DNA of 64,000 nucleotides from Chara braunii (Eukaryota; Plantae; Charophyceae), in NCBI GenBank assembly GCA_003427395.1, contig BFEA01000005.1, forward strand, positions 4,539,414 through 4,603,413. The letters run 5' to 3'. Positions 26,040 to 36,710 of the stretch are shown here, one piece after another (the first letter of the stretch is position 1; each line of letters starts with the position of its first letter). Position numbers and translations under genes: made by a program. The notes beneath the pieces are model-generated. The model was not told the origin of the DNA. It made no database searches and worked only from the letters and a program-made list of their open reading frames with translations.

Positions 26040-26650
26040 GGTCCCCATAAGTTTGGGGAAACCCAACGCTTTGTTTATTTTGGATTGTGTGGAGCATCAG
26101 ACCGTTCTATAAGTTTAGGTGGTCTGATTGCTCTGGAGGCTGGGAAGTCCCCATAAGTTTGGGGAGACCTAGTGCTGTGAATTTGTATGGAGAATCAGGT
26201 CATTCTATAAGTTTATGTGATCTGGTTGCTCTGATTTGCGAGGGCTAATTGTGTTAGACTTTTTTGGGGGCCAGGTGCATTTTGTAAGTTTAGGTGCCTT
26301 GGTTGCCTTGGTTATTTTGGGGTTTCCTCTGTTTTATTTGGTTATGAACGAGGAGGTCTGAGCCGTTCTATAAGTTTAGGTGGCTCGGCCTCTTCCTGCT
26401 TTATTATGAGAAAATGAACTTGACAAAGGGCGGACCGTTCTGTAAGTTCAGGTGGTCTATCCCAATGCCACGCACATCCTGGATCAGAGAGGAACAAATT
26501 AGGCAGAGAGCCAGACTGTTTTGTAATTTCAGGTGGTCTGACTCAAAGCCCACAATGCTCGAACCCAAAGGTTATAATTTGGCTATATCTTATTATTATT
26601 CTATCTATGAACGAGCTAATCAGACCGTTCTATAAGTTTAGGTGGTCTGA
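26040..26650 (+). repeat. Hairpin array 2: 29-bp repeat CAGACCGTTCTATAAGTTTAGGTGGTCTG with 43-80 bp spacers
   Basis: Units start at 26098, 26196, 26272, 26359, 26431, 26512 and 26621; short variants TCCCCA-TAAGTT-TGGGGA at 26042 and 26148. Confidence 0.92.
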
Positions 26651-26770
26651 CTATAGCGTATCACAACCTGAAGAGAGTATAATTAAGAGTATAACTGAAG
26701 GTAACTTGGGTTGACTTAGCATTGTTTCTAAGATGAATGACTCAGTCTTACACCCCCTTTGAAGATTAAG

Positions 26771-26806
<36 letters not shown>

Positions 26807-27179
26807 GGCTATGTAAACAGTTTAGGGCGACTAGAATGACCTAGTCATATGCCCAAAGAAGACCATCAGGACGGGTAATGCTCGACAAAAGGGTGACACC
26901 AGGCAGGGTCGACCATGAATGGGGATTCTAGAATAGGATGGACGTATGCCTAATTGAAGGCATGCAATGGCCTGTACTAGGGTGATGATGGATGTAGTGG
27001 ATGGGGGAAACATACACAACTCATTGACTGGGGTAGGGAGCTAGATCTGGGAGCAGGGAAACCAAGATAACGCTACGGTCCTAATGCCTATGAGATACCG
27101 AGGGAGATCCCAACTCAGGGAGACCCAGCTAAGTGAGAACCGTCATTCGACACATACGAGGGAATGTACAGGGTAGGGA

Positions 27180-27951
27180 TGTCGCGTGAAGTAGTCACGT
27201 CCAAAGTAGCTGAAGCCGATAAAGTGGCTGATGTCGTCGAAGTGGTCGATGACGTCGATGAAGTAGGAGTCGAGTTGATGTTGAAACAGAGTCGCAAAAC
27301 GCTAACACATCTTTAAATAGTTGATGATGGAGTACCTGAAGGTGTAAATCAGTAGGGAGAAGGTCGATGATCAAAGTGTCAGTCGTCAAGACGCCAAGGA
27401 CGTCGACGAGTGCGTTGTGGACGCGCAGAGGCGTTCGTCTGTCGCTGAAGAACAGCCTCGGAGGGAGCAGGCTCATCCTTAGCAATCTCCTCAGCCGGAG
27501 GAGGAGAAAAGGGATCAGTCGGCTGAGTAGGAGCAGATGTCTCAGCACGACGAGCACGATCATATGAACGCACCAATATTCGGGCGTGCTCCAAGTGCTC
27601 GAGGGGCTCCCAAGTAGCCTCCTCATCAGGATAGTCCTTCCAACGCACAAGGTTATTTATGCTTGGAGGGGTATCATTGGTAACTCGGCGATATACGATG
27701 TCAGAAACGACGAACTCCTCGTGACTGTCCACCATGATAGGTGGAGGGCGCTCATAAGGACGTTTGACAAAGCGCTCGGATGGTCTGAGATAAGGACGCA
27801 GCAAGAAGAAATGGTAAACATCGTATAGGCGAATTTGTCGAAGGTAGATAGGTAGCTTTACACGGAAGCGGACCGGACTAGTGGCAGTATCGGAGTCAAC
27901 GGCCTAAATTTGAACTTGCAAAGCGTATCCGATTCGAGCTGCAAGTGGCGT
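27180..27951 (-). mobile_element. Chromovirus pol part 3 (GPF-region and chromodomain), inverted relative to parts 1-2
   Basis: RHLQLESDTLCKF continues LVDK from 22239; chromodomain HEEFVVSDIV...LVRWKDYPDEEATWEPLEHL. Confidence 0.9.
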
Positions 27952-28693
27952 TGTCGAGCGCATCGGTCCGGCACCGCACGGGGCAGCGCGGGACCCTCCC
28001 GGTTGCGTCACGCAGGAGTTGGTTTAAATCCTTCGTCGCAATATACATGGAGTTTCCGCAAGCCGCTCCGTCCGAGTGCGCCATCCATACCTTCTGCGAA
28101 CCCCTACGACAGGATATGGCCTACGCGAGGCACGACTTACCTCCACCTTACGGGAGTTGTCACCTCCCTTCGGTGGGCGTATCCTCGTCGAGCTACCAGT
28201 CCGCAGTACGAAAGCTAATCAGCTGCAATCGCAGAGGTGGACCAGCCGATGGTGTTTCTCGTTCGTTGTAGCATAGGGGGTACGCGCGGTAATACACCTC
28301 TATCGGACCCGGACGTGAACCGACATCTTGGGGGGGCTGAGGTCCCAAGCGCGACTCGTCATCGGTCGGCTAGGACGTATCCCACAAACCACGCGGACAC
28401 CACTCTACGAACACAAAAACGAAAACACACACCCACACACATCGAAACAACGCGACAACACTCCTAGTCCCGTCAGTAGTCATCCCATAACTTTCCGATG
28501 CGGAAATCGGATAGACGTCGCGCGCGAGACTTAATATAAAACCGCGCGGACACAGGGCTAACTCATATCGATTCACAATGCAGACATACGCAAGCGGTCG
28601 CAATGAAGGCGTACTACGTAGTACCCATACTCACCCGATCCTCGTTAATCTTGAGGGTCGCGTTCGACACTCAAATGTCGACTGACACGCGCC
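27952..28693 (+). mobile_element. Motif-A end of TGTCG-family element, copy 3
   Basis: TGTCGAGCGCATCGGTC terminus; colinear with the reverse complement of 36041-36710 over ~700 bp. Confidence 0.8.
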
Positions 28694-29699
28694 TTGAGGG
28701 TTAATCTCTCGACACTAGACAACCGTCATGCATGGTTGAAGACCACACACCCTCTTCTGCACCCTATGCAGAGTGGGTGGTACACAGGTCCATACCTGTG
28801 GTGACAGTCGTTTTTTACTGCCCCACTCCAGGCCTAGACAGAAGTCAAGGGGTTTGACTTTGACGACTGCCACGGACTACAACGTCCAACCATAGAAATC
28901 TAAAAAACAAAGAATAGCAGAGGGTCTCCCTTTTCTCTCAAGCCATAATCTGGTTACCCCTTGCGCACGATCACAATAAGCCGCGCGCATACCCAAGGCA
29001 TATATAGATATATACATAAGGTTTATTTATATAGGACGATCACTTCTCACAGTCACAGTGAGACTCTTCTCAGCCATAGATGTATGTAATCGCAGATAGT
29101 CATATCCAGAGTCCGAAACCACAAATATACATGCAATCACATCAAAGATCCAACAAAAATCCACGCACTACACGAGGTCAACTTCAACCATCCTCTGTGC
29201 TCATACCCCTTGCTTTAGCCATACAAACCTCACTCTTGTGTAACTCTCCAAAATGAATACTCAGTACTTTTGTTAAATGACCATTAAGTGGAGTCCGGGT
29301 GAAAACACAATGAAACAATTCAAACCACAAGGCTAAAGCCTTTAGGTTGAGTGACAAAAGTGGATTGGAGTTGAATCGTAAACCGACGAATCGACAACCG
29401 ACCTATTATCAGTGATAACAGAAGATGATCCTCCTAGGATCAAGCTGAATCTAACCCAAATCCTGAATCAAACGGTCAAGAAGACCTGTAACACAAGACA
29501 GGTTAATCCCCAAGCTAAACCTATAAGTCCGTGGAGAATAATCTCCATATCACGATCTCACTCAAAGATCTTCCTAAATAACTAAGCCTGCATCTACCGC
29601 TAAGTAGTGCCCAAAGCAAGGATAGATCCTGGCATAATGTCCCCTACACAGGGTTGATCGAATTGTCACCTGTCAAAATATAATCTATCTCCTGTAAAC

Positions 29700-30089
29700 T
29701 AAGAAAATTTCAGCAGCGCTTCACGTAGGAAAAGTGTCTTTCCATAATTTATATCAGCCCGAATATGAAAACAGAAACAGTCTTTGACTTTTCAAAGTCC
29801 AATTTTGTCGAACTCCTTGAATCAGCAAAAATTTGAGAAGCACTCCCTTTAGAAAACGAGACTTTTCAAATTTTTACTAAGCCATATATGAACTTTAGAC
29901 AAGTCGAACTTTGAAAAGTCAAAAAGTTGACTAACTCCTTGGATTTGCAGAAATTTTGGCAGCGCTTCCCGTAGAGAAAGTAGCTTACCAAAATTTATAC
30001 AAAGCCAAGCATAACAAAAGATCCCAGAAAATGCAGAAAGTGACCTACAAGCATAACAAAAGATCCCAGAAAATGCAGAAAGTGACCTA
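29700..30089. repeat. Three degenerate ~125-bp tandem units plus an exact 42-bp duplication
   Basis: AAATTT..CAGCGCTTC.CGTAG..AAAG-like units near 29705, 29829 and 29952; CAAGCATAAC...GACCTA repeated at 30006-30047 and 30048-30089. Confidence 0.8.
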
Positions 30090-31923
30090 AGTAAAAAAAT
30101 TGAACTCAGAAATGCAGGAATCGAAACTAATTCCTATGACTCTAGCACGTCGCGAGCGACTAAAGCAACTACCTATCAAACTGAAACTCGGACCAAGTTG
30201 TAGCCTCACTCATACACATGCAGGTCAAACCACAAAGGTAAGTATTCTCACCATCCCAAAATATACCTGAACAAACAATAGTTCATGATCTTTCAATGTT
30301 TTATCCCCTTATACCCAGCTTACATAAGGCATAAGGTCAGGGCAACCTATGACTGAGGGATTAAAAGTTTTTAAACTTTAGTCACGACGCTTGTAGCATC
30401 CGAGAGTAACGATAATAATTGGCAATGCTTCACTTTTGTCGAGGTCGCAGAAGAGCGAGGACATGGAAATGCTAGAGTTAGACCTACCCTACCCAAAATA
30501 ACAGCCTCACAATTTAGGGCCTAGGTAGGCTAAAAAGAACGGTCGCGCCAGGCATGGGGCCGCGACGTGGAAGGAATATGAAGTTTTTTTTATTATTTTT
30601 ATCTCTTGGGCTGCGGGGCTTGACCTCGAGCGAGGGGGGGTCAGCAGTCCGATGCCGAGGCCTACCCGTTGAGTGACCCCGAAGCCGTGGATGGGCAGCC
30701 ATCCACGTGAAAGTGGTAGACAGGCATAAAGGCGAGGCCTGCATGGCCGCAGTTAGGCGGGGTCTGCAAGACCTCTGGCAGACAGTGGCTGCAAGGCCAC
30801 AGGCAGGAAGGATGCCCAAGGCCAAGCTCTTCTTATAGAAGAGCGGCTCCTATCATCGTCATGATAGGAGGTACCCTAGTAGGTTACAACACCAGACTAC
30901 TACCCAACAGACACCAAGATCGAATCGGATATGCCGCGCCCTACTGGGCATAGCTCCTGTTGGGAGTTGTCACATTCACAACCAAGTGGCGCGGTCGATC
31001 TCGAAGATCGCCCGACCGAGATCAGGTGCGTGCGGATTAGCATGTGCCCTACGCAAGGATGATAAGCATATATCGGGGGGNNNNNNNNNNNNNNNNNNNN
31101 NNNNNNNNNNNNNNNNNNNNNNNNNNNNNNNNNNNNNNNNNNNNNNNNNNNNNNNNNNNNNNNNNNNNNNNNNNNNNNNNNNNNNNNNNNNNNNNNNNNN
31201 NNNNNNNNNNNNNNNNNNNNNNNNNNNNNNNNNNNNNNNNNNNNNNNNNNNNNNNNNNNNNNNNNNNNNNNNNNNNNNNNNNNNNNNNNNNNNNNNNNNN
31301 NNNNNNNNNNNNNNNNNNNNNNNNNNNNNNNNNNNNNNNNNNNNNTTTTTTTCCTATTCTATTAATAATTTGATTTATTAGATATTTATTTCCTATTTTG
31401 GTATCATATACTATTTATGTCTATATTCTATGTATATTTATTATGTATATTTATATCCATATTTTCATATTTTTCTTCGAATCCGAAAGGATTCGATCTC
31501 AGGTCTGGATTTTAGGGGTTGTGGCTGAAAAGCCACGTGAGGTGACGTGCCCGTTGGCCTAGGCCAACGGAAAAAGGTAAGGGAAAAAAAAAAAAAAGCA
31601 AAAATTGAAGCGCCAAATGCCGCACTAAAAACTAACGGGGACTTAGAGTCCCCATGAAGGGCAACAGGTGTCATTTCACAAACGACTGTTTTTCCCTATA
31701 AGCTATTTTTTTTTCTTTTGTTTTCTTTTTCTTTTTTTCTGTAGATTTTTGTTAGATTTCGTTTTCTTAATTTCGTTCTTAGATTCTTGTTTTTAGATTC
31801 CTTCCCCTCACTTCTCGTTTGAACTGTGTTAGTGTCCATTCATTTTTACGAACGAGCCTTTTCCAATGAAGGGATGAACGAAATCGCATGTACCCATCCC
31901 TAGAACATGGAACTGTTCATTCC

Positions 31924-32015
<92 letters not shown>

Positions 32016-33249
32016 AAGAAGTGACTTACGTGGCGGCGGACCTCTCGGTACTTCCATCGATAGGATGAGCAAAATCGAATGAATCTACTACCAGAACATG
32101 GAAATATACACCACCATAGTTTTCCCCCCTCCTCTGTCTTCTTAAGAGTCACCTGCGCCCGTTCGTTTTGCTGAACGGGCTGCAGATGGGCACCCAAACC
32201 TGGTGCTGATGGCGCCTAGAAGTACGTGCAACGGGAGGTAAGTGTTTTTTGTTCTTTTTTTTTCTTTTTTTTCCTGATTTTGTTTTTCCTCTTCTATTAC
32301 ATTCCTCCCCCCATTTTGTCGCAATGCAGTTTGCTGCGCCCGTTCGTTTTAGAAAATGGGCTGCAACACTCAACGGCGCGTCCGAACCTGGTGCTTTACC
32401 TGCGCCAAGTGCATGCGGGAATGGGTGAAGAAGACCCTGTTGAGCCTGACGTTCGACTCAGTTAAATGACTGAGGGGCGCCTGTTTATTTTTTAGCAACG
32501 GGCTGCCACCCTGCAAAGGGAAATGAAGGGGGGAACAAGGGAAGGAAAAAAAAAAAAAGGAAAGGGAAAAAAAAATAACGGCCACGTACGTGGCCGGGGC
32601 CACCGAACAGGTGCAGCCCCAGAAGGTTCTAGGGGGTGATCGGACTTCGCCTGTTCGTTTTGAACAGGCTGAAGTAAATGGTTGAGTACAACCATTTACA
32701 GGAGTATTTGGTCTGGGAAAACGACCAGATACTTTTGGGGGTTGATGACCTTGGTTCCCCGAGGGGAAAACCAAGGCATGGAGCTCCTAGCCGTTGATCT
32801 AGATCAAGGGCCAGGAGCACCGACGAATTTTGTATGGCTGTGGGCAAAGCAACTGCCCACATGCCTTCAACTGACTATAAAAGTCAGCACTCCGCCCAGC
32901 AGCCTCACACTTGTGGCAGTGCTGCTGGGGCATTCACTTGTGTGAATGTTGGCTGGCTGCTGCATGCTACTGTAGAGGGGAAGTGCTGTTGGTGGAGGAA
33001 CTGGAGGTCTGCAGGATTAAGGCAGATGCTGTTGGGGGAGAGACAGGCGGTAGCCATAGCCGAGGTTGGGAGCTCACTGCCTCACCTCTACATGGGTGTC
33101 GCGGCTGGTGGGCTGCGTTAGGGTCTGGACGGTGCAACAAGCGGCACTTTTTTTAGTGAGGTTGTGCTGCCGGACTGCCGCCTCGACGTGTTGCCGAATT
33201 TTTCGTGCGGCGCTTAAGTTTTTTTTTAATGTGAGTGTAGGGAGGCGAT

Positions 33250-33760
33250 GCTTGACTGGTGCCGCAACGGTATCAAGGCCTTCCTAAGGGGAAGTGCTGT
33301 CTGTTTGGAGACACGACAACGACGACAGTTTTAGTGGGGGAATTATCCTGCCAAAATTTTGGCGGCAACGCACTTCGGTGGCGAGGCGCTGCCGGACTGA
33401 CGACATGGCGGCATCAAGTTCTCCCTCAGAGGAGGTGCTGTCCGTTTGGCGGCACAACAACGAGGGCATTTTTTTGTGAGGTTACGCTGCAAAAGTTTTG
33501 GCATGGTAGCGACACTTCGGTGGGAAGCTGCTGCCAATTTTTTGGCACGGTGGCGTGGTACCGGTTTTGGAGGCACGACAGCGGCGATAATTTTAGTGGG
33601 GCAGTTGTACTACCAAAATTAATTCGCGACTGAGACATTAAAGCGTTAATTTGGTGAGGAGGTGCTGCCGAAATTGTGTGGCGAAGCAATTTTTTTTGGG
33701 ATGAGCAACGGTACTGCCAAAATTGTGCAGCGGAATGAATTTTTTTACGGCGCTAATGTC
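33250..33760. repeat. Degenerate ~130-bp tandem repeat
   Basis: Recurrent GTGCTGTC.GTTTGG...CAC.ACAACG, CCAAAATTTTGGC and CACTTCGGTGG blocks. Confidence 0.75.
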
Positions 33761-33779
33761 TTAACGATTAGAAGCGGGA

Positions 33780-36040
33780 TGATTTTTTTACAGCTTCTTA
33801 ACGATTGATTTTGCTCATCGTATCGATGGAAAACTCTCTCTCACTTACACACACAGGGTTGTAGAAGTGTATTCTTCGATGTTAAGTGGCAGATTCATTC
33901 ATTTTCGATCATCCTATCAATGGAAATTTCGGGCAGTCAGCTGTAGTTTGAAAACTTACATGTTTTATCTCTATTCCCCGTCGCCGTCGCCAGCTAACGT
34001 AGCTCGATGCCGTTGTGAAAGCCCTCTAAGAGAGTCGAGTAGAGGTCCGATTTGCACTGAAGATTCTTCAATTGACCACCAGAAAACGACTCGCCCGTCC
34101 CTCGCAAATTGGAAACCATACAAAGCATGTGTAGAGAGTCCCTCGTATCTCAAACACAAGGTCCCAAAACCCATGCCCGAAACGTCGTCATCACCGACTC
34201 CAAGGGGTAAGTTGTCCTCCCCATCCTCTGTCTTCTTCTTCTTCTTCTTCTTCTTCTTGCGCGCCGTTGCGAGCGCAAACACGAAGTCATTACCATCACA
34301 AAGCCGTAGTCGCTCTCCCCAAAACTTTACGGAATGAGAGTGCTGAAGTTGAGCTTCGGTGACAGGCACCGCCTCCACCATCTGCACCCCCGGGAGGTCG
34401 CCATCATTCGTCCACAACGCCAGGTAGGTCACCCTCTTCCCTCTCTCTCTCCTTTCCCGTCTTCTTTTTTTTCCTTGCACTCACTCCCCTCCGACTCGTG
34501 CCACCTCTATGCGATTCTCCTCTGATCGCCCTTCCTTCCACTCGTGAGGGCAGTCCTCCTCCTACTTGCTTCCAAGCCCCTCGTGTTCATGTGGACACAG
34601 CGCGATCAAGATTGCAACGAGATCTCACTAGAAAACCTTTGATTCACTCCTCGCTGAATCTGTCTGTTTTTTTAGACAGATTCAGTAACGTGAATATACG
34701 AAAACTACATACGGGAATGGTTAAACGAGACGAAAATAAAGAATACAACACAAAAGAAAGACGAATCTATAACTAAATAATGAAAATAAAAATAAAATAA
34801 ATAAATAAAAGGAAAATAACCCAACAACTAACCCCCCCGTTGTACCAACTGTCACCACGGACTCTAACCGTAACAAGTTCTAATATCAAGGTCACTGGTT
34901 CGAGGCCTGGCCGACCGAAACCTGGGCGAAATACAGTTGAGCTCCTCGTAAAAAAAAAGCTAACTCAGGGGTCGATAGGCCTCGATCCCTACCTCCCCTG
35001 TTTAGCGAACAACACCTAAGCCTACCGAGCTAGCTCCCACTTCGAGTAGAAGGGAAGCAACTCTAATATGTATAGGGTCGTGACTCAGTCCGACTAGTGG
35101 CCTAAGGCCGCTCTAAGTCTGAGTGCCTGTCTGAGTGCTTTACCGGCTTGAGTGTGTGAGTGACCCGCAAGGGCACTTGGTTGATCAGAAGGCCCGAAGA
35201 GCTGGTACTTACCTGTAGCCGTAACATTGAGGGCCGCAGTGGGAAAAACACTCTAGTGGCGGGGAAGACGACACACGATACTTAAGCTCAACAAAAATAC
35301 TCAAGTAGCAGGTAGGGCGGTACCACACCAAGTAGAGGTAAATGTGCCGGGTATTCGAGGTCGAGCAAAGGAAGACAAAAGTTGACATTTTTAGAGGCGC
35401 AGTACTGATAGATAAGCGGGTACCGGTTCAAGTAGCATGAGTCTAAGGCAAGTGCGAGCGATACCAAACTCCAAAATGATGTTTTCCTCTTAAAGAGACG
35501 AAAACACCAGTTGTTTGGGTGACCGTGTGGTCGGGAAGTCACCGTCCAAGAGGCAAACACCCCCTCCCTTCACATGGGAGGCCGAGCGAGAGCCTCAACC
35601 TCACTTGTGATATACGAGTAAGGTCAGAGGTACAACTCGAGCAAGTGCTAGCAATCCGGGTGCTACAACAAACCCGATGATCACACAATTTTAATCGCTC
35701 CAGCCGTATGGCCGGGGCGTACATTGGTTATCCTGACTAATATACTGATGATTAAGTCTCACTGTGCGTCGTAGATCTACCTAACATAACACTAATCCAA
35801 TCGACCCCTCGACCTCTTCGGTCGAAGGGCATTACTACCAATTCTAACCATCAGGGCGTGCATCTCAATAACACGCATGGATACTTAACGAAAATTTCTC
35901 ACCGATTTTCCCTAGCTTCAATGGTCGAGGAAATCGTTTCAAAGTGTTGTGTGAAAAACGCACGCGACTTGATCTTCGAACCAGCCCCGTCTCGGTAGCC
36001 GATGTCATCGTCGTGTCGATTGCAAAAGCATGGTCCGATA
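33780..36040 (+). mobile_element. Right-end segment of TGTCG-family element homologous to 19400-21674, containing motif B copy 2
   Basis: Colinear blocks, including AATGGTCGAG.AA and TCGA.TGCAAAA.CATG; ends CCGATA (mutated CCGACA) with the terminal hairpin deleted. Confidence 0.7.
34883..35635 (+). ncRNA. Putative structured RNA motif B, copy 2
   Basis: Homologue of 20422-21215; CCC-GCAA-GGG tetraloop; B-box-like GGTTCGAGGCC near its start. Confidence 0.45.
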
Positions 36041-36710
36041 GCGCGTGTCAGCCGGCACTTGAGTGCCGAAAGAAACCCTCGAAACCATTCAGGGCCGCAT
36101 AATTATGGGTACTATATAGTACGCCATCACTGCGACTGCTTGCGTATTCATGCATGGTTAGTTGATATGACAAAGCCTGTGTCCTCGCGATATTTATTTA
36201 AGTCTCGCGTGTGACGTTCAACTGCTCCCTGTGGTGAAAAGTTACGGGTTAAATATAAAAAGGGACTAGGTGCGATTTGAGTGTGTAACTTGATTTTTGT
36301 TTCAGAGTGGTGTACTGCACGGTTAGATGGACCGTCGTAGTCGACCGAGGTCGAGTCGCGCATGGGACATCAGCCCCCAGAGCGTCAGTTATCGTACGGG
36401 TCCAATAGAGGCGTGCGACCTCGCCTACCCCCTATGCTACAGTGTATGAGAAACGCCACCGCGATTGCAACTGAGCAGCTTTCGCACATGGTTCGATAGC
36501 TAGCGGGGGATAGCTCTGTCCATGGGTGGTGACAACCTCTTAGGCAAAGGTAAGTTGTACATCGCGTCACCCTATCCTGTCGTAGGGGTTCGCGAGAGGT
36601 ATGGCTGGCGCACTCGGTAGGGGAGGCGAAAGCTCCACCACAAAAAATCCTGCATAAATCCTGCGTGACGCGGTCAGGAAGGTCCCCTTGCGTGACCGAT
36701 GCGCTCGAGA
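36041..36710 (-). mobile_element. Motif-A end of TGTCG-family element, copy 4
   Basis: Minus strand starts TCTCGAGCGCATCGGTC; motif A core at 36398-36615. Confidence 0.8.

Noticed and set aside
26040-26650. Bona fide CRISPR array
   Set aside because: Eukaryotic repeat context, no cas genes, variable spacer length, degenerate repeats and partly related spacers; reported as a hairpin array instead.
28136-28290. U1 snRNA gene (ACTTACCT start and GGGGGTACGCG about 140 nt later)
   Set aside because: No U1-70K loop (GATCA.GAAG), no U1A loop (ATTGCAC) and no Sm site; both matching blocks are explained by motif A pairings.
35701-35730. Group II intron domain V-like AGCCGTATG...CGTAC..GGTT
   Set aside because: Geometry is off and it is not conserved in the homologous 21.3-kb copy.
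27952-36040. Single element bounded by TSD GCGT/GCGC
   Set aside because: Left and right flanks belong to different host sequences; the left flank instead matches the junction at 22239 exactly.
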